DNA of 64,000 bases from a virus: IMG/VR virus record IMGVR_UViG_3300025009_000080, positions 1 to 64,000 of that record. One strand, written 5' to 3'. The position numbers were made by a program, and so were the translations under genes. Under the pieces are notes generated by a model. It was not told the DNA's origin and searched no databases. It saw only the letters and a program-made list of their open reading frames with translations. How positions within the stretch are numbered: the stretch's first letter is position 1; every line of letters starts with the position of its first letter. Below are positions 55,387 to 64,000 of the stretch, piece by piece.

Positions 55387-56136
55387 TTACCAATTACCTC
55401 TTTGTTGATACTCATTGTAGCAATCTCTTGCCCACGTTCCCATCTTTTTAACGTAACGTTCTGCCTTTCTCCATGAACCCGGATTTGAGGGCCTGCCATC
55501 ACCGTAAAGGTCAAGTCTTGCTATGTTTAATAGCGGCATAACAGATCGGTCTCGTGAGGCAAATATAGTCAATATTCTTTCACGAACCCAATCAATTATT
55601 GCCTGTCTTAATGGTCTTGGAATTAGCGGAACTTCTGTTATGTCTGCACCCATTCCACTATAAACAATGCGGACATAGGAATAGGAATTACAGCTTGATC
55701 CAAACATTATCACTCCATTCTCAATATTGGCATAATAAAGATTGTAGTTGTCGGCATGAGACGGTATAAATGGATCTTCTTCTCCGCTTTCTTTGCGCCT
55801 TGCGGTGTAATCTGCCCCCCCTTGAGAGTTATTATAGTTACGCTTATACCAAACTTTGCGGCTATTTGCTGGTGTGCCACAAACTCCATTGTAAAGATAG
55901 AGTTCCTTCACATTGAAACAGTTTGTTGGCAGGCTTAAAATAAGAGAGTCGGTCGGAAATTCAAGATCGGTTGTAAGTGTCTGAAAATAGGTATCAATAG
56001 CAAGCTCTTCAACTGCTTCTGAAATCTGACGTATGTAAAACCCTTTGGAAAGCCCGTGATCTAATCCCGGATCTCCAACCATTTGAGTTACGTCACTCAG
56101 TATATCTACTATCGGGATAAAATCATTATTGTTCAT
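55387..56136 (-). CDS. tail ring/tubular protein
   Basis: Adaptor-like pattern ...LPTNC...VRIVY...VPLIP. Confidence 0.6.
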   Translation of the reverse strand: MNNNDFIPIVDILSDVTQMVGDPGLDHGLSKGFYIRQISEAVEELAIDTYFQTLTTDLEFPTDSLILSLPTNCFNVKELYLYNGVCGTPANSRKVWYKRNYNNSQGGADYTARRKESGEEDPFIPSHADNYNLYYANIENGVIMFGSSCNSYSYVRIVYSGMGADITEVPLIPRPLRQAIIDWVRERILTIFASRDRSVMPLLNIARLDLYGDGRPSNPGSWRKAERYVKKMGTWARDCYNEYQQRGNW

Positions 56137-56812
56137 TGGTTATTTGTTTGGGTGGAGCAACTTGAATGGTATCGTTCCCATCATTTACCTTGTCTGCCGG
56201 AACCGACATGACAAACCTTCCCAAATTGATAATTTCATATTTCATTTGACTGACAAGGTGTTCTGGTAATGGACATTCTGCATCCATATCATTTACCTTT
56301 CGTGGGTCAATAGCCAAATATAAACCCATTTCGACTTCAGGGACATCTACTGCCTCCAAGCCTAATGTGAAAATCTGATCTGCTACAACATATCCGTATG
56401 GGTTGGTTGGTGTTGGGGTTTCATGGCTTGCTTGTAACAGGTGAGCGTGTGCCGGTGTAATCATGCTGAATTTAACCTGCGTGAATCCCGGTATCAGCTC
56501 GTCCTGTACGTTATAGGTAATATATGCAATGCTGCGGTCGTAATCCATGTCAAGCAATACACCAGGTAACTGGATATACTTGCGCTTGTGGGAAAAAGAA
56601 CTTGTCAATAGCTTTGTTTCAGGGAATACGGTAAGGAATCTGCCCGGCATCTGTCCGGTGCGCCCTTGTTCGTTATCAAGATGCTGCTTTAAGAACTTAT
56701 TGGCAACCATTGACACCCACCACAATACCGAATATTCGACAATGCTGCTGTCATCATAGGTCTGTTTTAAGTCCTTGAGCAAGTCATATACTATTTCCCT
56801 GTACTTTGCCAT
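56126..56812 (-). CDS. tail ring/tubular protein
   Basis: YREIVYD...DPRKV...ECPLPEHLV...DKVND. Confidence 0.65.
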   Translation of the reverse strand: MAKYREIVYDLLKDLKQTYDDSSIVEYSVLWWVSMVANKFLKQHLDNEQGRTGQMPGRFLTVFPETKLLTSSFSHKRKYIQLPGVLLDMDYDRSIAYITYNVQDELIPGFTQVKFSMITPAHAHLLQASHETPTPTNPYGYVVADQIFTLGLEAVDVPEVEMGLYLAIDPRKVNDMDAECPLPEHLVSQMKYEIINLGRFVMSVPADKVNDGNDTIQVAPPKQITNEQ

Positions 56813-57687
56813 TATTGTAACTGTTGAAGCACCTCTTGGATGCTGACATTAAATATGGTGGTGTTGTCGCCCTGCTTAATAGCAATGTAATTCAATGACT
56901 TCTGAACAATCAGATTCATCATGCTTGCCGGAAATGGTACATCATAGGTTGCCGTATCTGCATTTTTTGGTATGGTTTCCGGGTGGCGGATAAAAGATAC
57001 AGCCACAAGCGTTTTTGGCGACGATGGTGTAATTTGAATTTCTTTCGGATTGACGTACTGCCCTTCCGCTAATTTATTGATTCTCTCCCCTGAGTAATCC
57101 ATTGATGGGGTATACCCGTAGGTAATAACGGCCTCATTGTGTTTGTAGCCGGGAACAAAGGGATTGTTTTCAGCTTCCGTAATTTGTTCGTGAGTAATCT
57201 TTGTAGCTGCGAACCTTGCACGGGTTAATACCAATTCCGGCCTGAATGTACTCATGTGAGGTTTTAACTGCCCGCCATTAACAAAACTCGTCCCGACAAT
57301 AGGGTGGTTCTCGTAGTTTTTGTTCAGGTAAGGCATGATCTCTGCACGGTACTTTCCTGGCAATTCTGTTTTTGCTCCCAATGAAACATAGACAGTCGGT
57401 TTCGGGAATACCCCCGTAACTGTCCAAATATCAAATCCTTCATTATCACTATCAAATGCTATGCGTGAAAACTGATTTGTCTGCCAGACCTTAGTCATGT
57501 GCAAATCAGATAGTCTTTCTTCGACGAATTTGTCTACACCGATTCGTGGTGCTATAATGCCTACAAGCCACTCTATTGCAGAATTGATTGCAGGAATCAT
57601 ATCAAGATCGTCTTTGTATCGGTCAGAGCCTTCGGCATCAAGACCAATTTCCCGCATACGCTGTATGATATTTGATAGTAGGATCAT
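56812..57687 (-). CDS. tail ring/head-tail adaptor protein
   Basis: AINSAIE...SFIRHP...FPASM. Confidence 0.6.
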   Translation of the reverse strand: MILLSNIIQRMREIGLDAEGSDRYKDDLDMIPAINSAIEWLVGIIAPRIGVDKFVEERLSDLHMTKVWQTNQFSRIAFDSDNEGFDIWTVTGVFPKPTVYVSLGAKTELPGKYRAEIMPYLNKNYENHPIVGTSFVNGGQLKPHMSTFRPELVLTRARFAATKITHEQITEAENNPFVPGYKHNEAVITYGYTPSMDYSGERINKLAEGQYVNPKEIQITPSSPKTLVAVSFIRHPETIPKNADTATYDVPFPASMMNLIVQKSLNYIAIKQGDNTTIFNVSIQEVLQQLQ

Positions 57688-58553
57688 TACTTTGCGTTCA
57701 TAGCTTGTTCAACAACTTTGTCTGTAAGCTCAATACCGGCTGATGCTGTACCGACAAACTTACGTTTGTCAGCTTCGAGTTTTTGGTATGCCATTTTGTA
57801 AATAAGCTGGCGTTTCATGTCGTCAACGTTTGTCGAAACAGGGATTCCCATGTTTTGCGCCCGCTGTACCAACTGGTGTTGATCCATTTTTACGACTTCC
57901 GGTGTAATGAGATTGACATAATCTGTCAGGAATACATCAACATCTTTTGCATCGTTAAGCGTTTCAAAAACGGTTTGATTGTATTGCGGAAAATTCCGCA
58001 TGAATTCGATTTCCTTTTTGCTATGGAGTTCAACCATGCAAATCTGAACAGTTCTTGTCTCCCGTGTTCCCATTTGGCTCTTAGTCCATGATGCTGCATG
58101 GTTGAGTTTAATGGGTTCGTATGGAGGCAGTACTTCTTTTCCGTTGCGTTTGTATCCGAAAATAATTCGGAAATGAGAGTGTGCAAAGAACTTGGCTCCA
58201 ATTGGGTCGTAGTCATCTTCCTCCGCAACAACCGCTGTCGCTGCCGGTACTTTTGCAGACATTTCTTTAATGATGTCAGCCTTCATTGTGGCTAACAAGC
58301 TGTCCAGTTCGGATTTTGTCAGCTCAAATTTTGGCTCTGACTTAACTGGCTTTGCGATAACGGGTTCTTCTTTTGGTTCATCATCAGGGTCGTCAAACTC
58401 CGCAGTGTCTTCCGGTTCAGGTATGATTTGCTTGTCCGGATTGCGTTTGTTGTATTCTGCAATAGCCAATGCCTCGACTTCTGCCGGTGTAAGATTCGGG
58501 TCTGATTCCCTGATTTCTTTTTTGATCTTGTTTAAAACGATATTTCCTGCCAT
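57687..58553 (-). CDS. hypothetical virion-module protein
   Basis: Directly downstream of the capsid gene. Confidence 0.65.
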   Translation of the reverse strand: MAGNIVLNKIKKEIRESDPNLTPAEVEALAIAEYNKRNPDKQIIPEPEDTAEFDDPDDEPKEEPVIAKPVKSEPKFELTKSELDSLLATMKADIIKEMSAKVPAATAVVAEEDDYDPIGAKFFAHSHFRIIFGYKRNGKEVLPPYEPIKLNHAASWTKSQMGTRETRTVQICMVELHSKKEIEFMRNFPQYNQTVFETLNDAKDVDVFLTDYVNLITPEVVKMDQHQLVQRAQNMGIPVSTNVDDMKRQLIYKMAYQKLEADKRKFVGTASAGIELTDKVVEQAMNAK

Positions 58554-58566
58554 ATTTTATGTTTTT

Positions 58567-58596
58567 AAAACAAGGACTGGCTGTTACACCAGCCCT
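58567..58596 (-). terminator. intrinsic terminator-like hairpin after the capsid gene
   Basis: GGGCTGG-TGTAACAG-CCAGTCC-TTGTTTT. Confidence 0.55.
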
Positions 58597-58615
58597 CGTT
58601 TCGGGTTAGTTAATC

Positions 58616-59845
58616 CTAATAACCGGCAACATCAATGATTGCACCACCAAGCGGGTTGATATACTTCTGTGAGAAGGACATCGAGAGGTGGTCAATATCG
58701 AAGTTGTTCAGGCTACCATTTGAACGATTGAGTGTTGACTTGAACTCTTCAGGGAATAAGTAAACCGGAATGATTGACTTCTGGTCAAGCAATAAGATTT
58801 TACCCTGAAAATGAGTTGGGAAGGATGCTGTGTCTTTGAAACGAGACATTGGCACGAGTACGATATTGCTATCACCAAGGCGAACCTGTGTCAGCATTAA
58901 GTCGGCAACCTTGCTATCCGGGGTGTAGCGGGTAAGCAGGTCTTTGTAGTACTTACTAACTACAAGGTGTAACTCAGGAGTCATGTAAGCAAAACGGGTT
59001 CCCCCATATGCCATATGGTTTGTGCTGATTGCGGCTGATTCAAGTGCGGTACCGACGGTAGATGTTGTGGCTGACACAACAGGGCATCCGGCAGCAATCA
59101 TGGTTGGGTAAATACCACCTGCGAGTTTGGCTTTTTCACCACCAGTAAGGGTGGCTTCACCTCTGGTTCCATTCCAGTAAATATTGGAACGGTCAATGCG
59201 GCACTGATTGAAAAATTCCTCACGGTTCATTGAGAGAAAGTTTTTGAATGTACCGGCACGTTCGTATTTAAGTTTTTCAACCTTTCCGAACTTCATGGCT
59301 TTTACATACAACTGTACGTAATTGTAGCGTTCGGTGGTTGACATACGGAAGAAGTTTCTGATGTCGCTTGCGGCATCGGCTTCTGTTGGTGCGAGCATTT
59401 GTAAAAGATCGGTAGCCACAACCTGTGGAACGGTTGCTCCTGAAATTCCTCTTACATTAAATTCCACGTCTTCGGTAATGGAGTAAACAATACCTTTGGT
59501 GTTGTCAGGATAGCATACTACATAGTCCAATCCGACCATGCTTGTATCGGTACATTTTACTACCTGCGTAGCTCCGGTAACACAAGTGTCGGTGACAACT
59601 GCTGCCGAGCGTCCGTAGGTTTTTTCTGCGAAAAAGAATTCGTCACTGGACACCAATTCAGGTGTCACCATGTCGAGAATAGCCATGTCGTAGAACTGCT
59701 GACGGGTTCCGTCATAGATCATGTCATGGACAACACGTGAAACAAGGTTTGTCGTGTCGTGGGTGAAAGTACTTGCGTAAGTTGAACTTAGGTCGTTCAG
59801 GTTTACGTTAGTATAATTCGTGTCTGTTGTTCCGTAAAGTGGCAT
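58616..59845 (-). CDS. major capsid protein
   Basis: 409 aa after portal/scaffold; RYNYVQ, IYWNG..., AGGI motifs of HK97-fold SU10-like MCPs. Confidence 0.8.
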   Translation of the reverse strand: MPLYGTTDTNYTNVNLNDLSSTYASTFTHDTTNLVSRVVHDMIYDGTRQQFYDMAILDMVTPELVSSDEFFFAEKTYGRSAAVVTDTCVTGATQVVKCTDTSMVGLDYVVCYPDNTKGIVYSITEDVEFNVRGISGATVPQVVATDLLQMLAPTEADAASDIRNFFRMSTTERYNYVQLYVKAMKFGKVEKLKYERAGTFKNFLSMNREEFFNQCRIDRSNIYWNGTRGEATLTGGEKAKLAGGIYPTMIAAGCPVVSATTSTVGTALESAAISTNHMAYGGTRFAYMTPELHLVVSKYYKDLLTRYTPDSKVADLMLTQVRLGDSNIVLVPMSRFKDTASFPTHFQGKILLLDQKSIIPVYLFPEEFKSTLNRSNGSLNNFDIDHLSMSFSQKYINPLGGAIIDVAGY

Positions 59846-59856
59846 TTTGTAAAGTT

Positions 59857-61038
59857 TTAGTGTTTATCAATACTTTTGAAAGGGTCGTGATTCATTCCTC
59901 CAAGTGCTGATCTTGCTTCCTTTACAAACTGTTCCTGCTGCTCCTGTGATGCTCCGGTGCGTCCTTTGGATGCTTCTGGCGTCTTTTTTACATCGACAGC
60001 CACTTGCATACTTTTGTTCTGCTCCTCAATCAAGGCTTTGAGTGTTTCAATCTGAGAGTATCCGTGCTTTGCCATCGCTATTGCAAGAGCCGCCTCCTTT
60101 TTGTACTGACCTTTTGAGTCTTTGAATAAGCCAAGTATTTTTGAATCATCACCTGATAAAAGGAGTTGTTCGGTTTCCCGGATAACGTTTTCCTTTAATG
60201 AGGGAAATGACTTTCTGAGGTGTTCAACGGAACCAGTAGCACTTTCCTTCAAGGCCACAAGGGTCTTTTGGGCTTGTTCGTCATAACTGGCACGCTGATC
60301 CTCTAACTTCTGCTTATCTGCCGTAAAGAATTTGTTTTTGGCAACCTCGTATGCCTTTTGTAATACCTTGTCTTCAAAGGTATCGCTTCGGGCATCATAC
60401 GCCTCTAAATCTTCGCTTTCAAATTCGCTGGGATAATAGTAGTTTATTAATTGTTTTGGGTTCTGTTTTTCAACCGGCTGTGAAAAGTCGGGTTGTGAGG
60501 CAAACTTATTGAGCATACTCCGGTCGTACTGACCTTTGGAATAAGCAATAAGCCCTTCACTTAATTCAAGCGGGAGTGCGGACAAAAAGGTAGTGAGTTC
60601 CGTTAACTTCTGTTCGGTTTCTCCTGCCTTCTGGGATTCAGTGCGCCACTTGTCAATACTTTGCATCGCCTTAGCGTAGCCTTTAATGTCTTTTGCTCCA
60701 AATTTCTTTTCAAACTCCTTTAAGAAATCTTCATTCGTGGTAAATTTATACCCTTTGGGTTTTTCACCTTCAAAGAATTCGCCTTTTAGTGGGCTTTCCC
60801 CTTCTTCCCCTTCTTCTGCTTGGGTGACTTCTGGCTCAACTTCTGCTTCGGTGGTTTGGGTTTCTGTTTCATTGGTCGGTACTTTTGGTGGTTTTGCGTT
60901 TTTTGCCAAATCTCCTGCAATCTTCATAAACTCTTTGGCTTCCGGTAGTCCAGATCCAATTGTTTCCAAAAGACTTATTGCAGTTGCGGTGGAGTCCGCT
61001 TCCTGTTCTTGTCGCCTAATATCGTCATTCTCTGCCAT
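59857..61038 (-). CDS. scaffold-like protein
   Basis: Acidic helical protein between portal and MCP. Confidence 0.6.
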   Translation of the reverse strand: MAENDDIRRQEQEADSTATAISLLETIGSGLPEAKEFMKIAGDLAKNAKPPKVPTNETETQTTEAEVEPEVTQAEEGEEGESPLKGEFFEGEKPKGYKFTTNEDFLKEFEKKFGAKDIKGYAKAMQSIDKWRTESQKAGETEQKLTELTTFLSALPLELSEGLIAYSKGQYDRSMLNKFASQPDFSQPVEKQNPKQLINYYYPSEFESEDLEAYDARSDTFEDKVLQKAYEVAKNKFFTADKQKLEDQRASYDEQAQKTLVALKESATGSVEHLRKSFPSLKENVIRETEQLLLSGDDSKILGLFKDSKGQYKKEAALAIAMAKHGYSQIETLKALIEEQNKSMQVAVDVKKTPEASKGRTGASQEQQEQFVKEARSALGGMNHDPFKSIDKH

Positions 61039-61047
61039 AATAATTTT

Positions 61048-63189
61048 TTATTGGTTAGTAGGTCTTGGTTTCGCCATCTCTTGAGCTACCCGTCCCTGAT
61101 TCTGCATATCGGCTACATCCAGTTTGTTTTGAAATCCCTGCTGCTGCATACCCTGTCCCGCCATATCGCCCGCTGCTGCTGCTGCCATTTCAATTTCAGA
61201 TTGTTCTTTCTGAACCTGAATCTTTTCACCGACATATTCCCTCATTAAGCGGGTTATGTCATCGAGATTACCATTGCCGAATACCTGACTAAACCTTGCT
61301 TCATCAAGCAAACCTAACTGGTACAATTGAAGTGCCAGCATATTTGCTTGATTTTTGGTATCAGATTCAGGAGGTGTACGCTGTACAAATATCCTGAAAT
61401 ACTCATTAATGTAATCCTTTGATAAAATAAGCGGAGGTGCTAATTTGTCACCAACGCTGTAATATATAATTGTACCGGAATTGATTGCTATACATTTACC
61501 ACGGTGTGCCATGGATTGATGTACCTGTAACAACCACTTTCCTATTCCATAATAAAATCCTTCCTGCATTACAGAACCTTGTCGCATCATTTGATTTGCA
61601 ACTCCTGCCAGTTCTCTTTTACCTCCAATATTGCCTAAAACGGCATCATTAAAACCTAAATTATTGCGGGCTGCTGACGCAATTTCCATTGCCGCTGATG
61701 CTAAGGTATTGATAGTCGGTGTTGAATTAGGATTTACTGTTCTAAATGCGTTCTGAATATTCCCCCCTGTGTTTTTCAAGCCTACCGGCTTACCAAGATT
61801 GACATTCCTTAGGAGTTCTTCTTCGCCACCATCTCCAAGATTGTCTTCTTCATAAACCATTACCGGCATTCTCATATTGTTTATTGCGCTTTCGTGCATT
61901 GAACGGATACGGTTAACTAACCTTTGTGGATTGATAGCATCGTCAATGGGTGCTGAAATCATTCCATCATGGTATGAATAGGCAAACGTTTTATAGGTAA
62001 ACGGATTGTCGTCAGGGAGAATATAGGACTGGTCGCTATAAGGAACCACTCCCCATTCATACACAATGTCGTCTTTTGAATTAGCTAAGTATTCCTTGGG
62101 GGTAAAATGACAAAACCGAGTTACACCAACATCTTTTACTAATGTACGGTCTGAACTCAGCTTACTGCTTCTTTCTTTTTTTGCAGGGATTATCAAATCT
62201 TTCTTTGAATACCGTCCCTCTTTGTAGATGCGTACAAAGGTTTCAATGCCTCCTTCTTTTACCCATCCCCAAATTTGGCGTTCCTGATCCTTCCACTCAA
62301 CCCTAACTTCCGGTACACGCCCCTCTACGTTGCCAACAAACTGCTGTGCGTATGAGAAATCCGTAAAGCGAGCCTGACTTACCGTCTTTTCAATAGCGTC
62401 TTTCTGTGTGGATTTTATGTTTTCATATCTCTCATAAAGGCTTACCGGGGTGCTTAATGTCCAGTTTCCCATGAAGTCGCCATCGTACAGGTGTGACATA
62501 GTACAATCCAAATCCCAAAAGAATGTTTCAGGAATTACCGACTTGTGAACCTGGTTCCCGTGGTGTTCGTACTCACGACTTACTACAAGTCCGGTAATGG
62601 CAAAGTTCTTAGCCTGAGCAACTTTAAGGTCTTCAATATTGTTGATCTGATCGTAATAATCCATCAAATAGTTAATTCCCATTGCGAGCTTGTCCGCATA
62701 TCGCTGAGAAAACATATCTTGTGTCTCACCTAATGTATCCCCAACAAGGAAATTGTCTTTAATAAGTTTCTGCATTTGCCCACCCATTAGCTTACCCATT
62801 TCGGCTAAGGTCAGCATCTTGTTCATTTCCTCTTCCCTGCGATTTACGGCAAATGGGCTGTGAGCCTGAACTTTATAGGTGTAATCAGTAAGAATGGCAT
62901 TGTTGACAAGCATATCCACCATAGGACGTACAATATTCTCTACCCACTTGATACGATTACGGACTTCTCCGCTCTCGTCTTTAAGGAATGGAGCAAGGTC
63001 TTCTTTGAAAATCCACTGGTCTCCCTCGTAGAATTTCCAATTAACCATACACTTGCGTAAAAAATACTGGTATTTCTGTCGGTTGAGGCTGCCGGTAAAG
63101 TACCTTGCACAGTTGAGGTGGTAGGTCAGGTTTTTCTGATCCGTAACCCGGTTGGGTCTCATTTGATTGTTTAGTACAAGGCTAATCAT
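61048..63189 (-). CDS. portal protein
   Basis: FYEGDQW, NIVRPMVD, AINPQRLVN; 713 aa. Confidence 0.85.
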   Translation of the reverse strand: MISLVLNNQMRPNRVTDQKNLTYHLNCARYFTGSLNRQKYQYFLRKCMVNWKFYEGDQWIFKEDLAPFLKDESGEVRNRIKWVENIVRPMVDMLVNNAILTDYTYKVQAHSPFAVNRREEEMNKMLTLAEMGKLMGGQMQKLIKDNFLVGDTLGETQDMFSQRYADKLAMGINYLMDYYDQINNIEDLKVAQAKNFAITGLVVSREYEHHGNQVHKSVIPETFFWDLDCTMSHLYDGDFMGNWTLSTPVSLYERYENIKSTQKDAIEKTVSQARFTDFSYAQQFVGNVEGRVPEVRVEWKDQERQIWGWVKEGGIETFVRIYKEGRYSKKDLIIPAKKERSSKLSSDRTLVKDVGVTRFCHFTPKEYLANSKDDIVYEWGVVPYSDQSYILPDDNPFTYKTFAYSYHDGMISAPIDDAINPQRLVNRIRSMHESAINNMRMPVMVYEEDNLGDGGEEELLRNVNLGKPVGLKNTGGNIQNAFRTVNPNSTPTINTLASAAMEIASAARNNLGFNDAVLGNIGGKRELAGVANQMMRQGSVMQEGFYYGIGKWLLQVHQSMAHRGKCIAINSGTIIYYSVGDKLAPPLILSKDYINEYFRIFVQRTPPESDTKNQANMLALQLYQLGLLDEARFSQVFGNGNLDDITRLMREYVGEKIQVQKEQSEIEMAAAAAGDMAGQGMQQQGFQNKLDVADMQNQGRVAQEMAKPRPTNQ

Positions 63190-63751
63190 CGTCTTCTATT
63201 TCATCGTTTGCTGACAAGTTATTCATAATGTTATCCATGTCGTTTGCGCCCTTTTTCTGACCGACTTTGCGTTGTTCTTTTACTCCAAATCCTTCTTCTT
63301 TTTGTTTGATAAGCTGTGGTAATTCTGCTCGTATCTTTACAGATATGTCTACAAACTTTCCCTGCTTTTCGGTGTCCTGAAGATCATCGGTTCCAAACGA
63401 ATCAATAATTATTTCAAACCCTTCAAAGATGCTATCAATCATGGATTTTGCCCTTACCCGGTCAGAGGAAGCAAAGCGCATCATTCGTGCGCCTGCTGCC
63501 TCGATAGCTTCGGGAAATTTGTTATCCATGTAATTTTTGGTCTCGTTAGTGTTGAGTCTTAATTTACTCTTCTCAAGACAAGAACTTAGTTTTTCGGATA
63601 TTGGTCGTAAGTTAAAGAACGGTGACTGTTTGTGGAAGTAGTACCATACGAATCGCATTTGGGTGTCAAGTAGTGGCTCAAACTCTTTTATACTTGAGAG
63701 TTCAGGGTACTCGACTTTCATGTCGATGTCGGTTGGTTCAAATACCGCCAC
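63182..63751 (-). CDS. hypothetical protein upstream of portal
   Basis: GTG start overlapping the upstream TAG. Confidence 0.65.
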   Translation of the reverse strand: MAVFEPTDIDMKVEYPELSSIKEFEPLLDTQMRFVWYYFHKQSPFFNLRPISEKLSSCLEKSKLRLNTNETKNYMDNKFPEAIEAAGARMMRFASSDRVRAKSMIDSIFEGFEIIIDSFGTDDLQDTEKQGKFVDISVKIRAELPQLIKQKEEGFGVKEQRKVGQKKGANDMDNIMNNLSANDEIEDDD

Positions 63752-64000
63752 TATTTTGCGAGGTAATCTTCTTCCGGGTTAAGCAGTCTTACAAATCCTG
63801 CTGTTTCTGCACTTGTAATACCAGATGCGTCAAATCCAAATTCAAAGGTATCTACTGCACCAACTACCGTTACCGTAAAAATCTTTCCATTGAAATCAGT
63901 CGGGTTTACAACACAGCCATTCATGGTAATTTCGTCGCCTACTTTTAATCCATGAGGGCGAACCGTAGTACAAACTCCGGGATCTGCCTTGGTGATCCCA
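63751..64000 (-). CDS. partial gene with FCCH-like beta-barrel domain
   Basis: ...GITKADPGVCTTVRPHGLKVGDEITMNG...FNGKIFTVT...YLAK*; 5' end outside the window; not in the track. Confidence 0.7.
   Translation of the reverse strand, partial: GITKADPGVCTTVRPHGLKVGDEITMNGCVVNPTDFNGKIFTVTVVGAVDTFEFGFDASGITSAETAGFVRLLNPEEDYLAK

Noticed and set aside
24894-63948. Numerous short plus-strand ORFs within the late region
   Set aside because: Antisense shadows of long minus-strand structural genes.
24617-64000. Stop-codon reassignment as in some crAss-like phages
   Set aside because: Late genes are long and tightly packed in the standard code; TAG, TGA and TAA all end genes in this window.

Overview
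The whole window reads as part of a dsDNA tailed phage genome of a Bacteroidota host. No host housekeeping genes, integrase, polymerase or terminase are visible. Host evidence: TAnnTTTG-type -7 promoter elements, a DUF3127-like SSB, and signal peptides with Gln at +1. Layout: (i) 1-4323, minus-strand accessory/regulatory block (hexapeptide-repeat protein, pseudo-tRNA, HTH-MTase-HTH); (ii) about 4400-5400, non-coding divergence region; (iii) 5450-24406, plus-strand early/middle genes (many small ORFs, LRR-like repeat protein, exonuclease, Gp3-like, SMC-like ATPase, SSB, nucleases); (iv) 24388-64000, minus-strand late genes (fibres, lysis cassette, giant ejected protein, crAss-like muzzle/ring proteins, major capsid, scaffold, portal). 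Most notable: two single-gene, integron-like cassettes about 20 kb apart share the same hairpin (attC-like) architecture and the same AACTTGCGTCTA-N7-GTTA flanking site. Exported phage proteins, including a fibre-like protein, carry clustered Bacteroidota O-glycosylation sequons. Several intergenic tRNA-like folds are also present. All family calls come from motif recognition by eye; no database searches were run.
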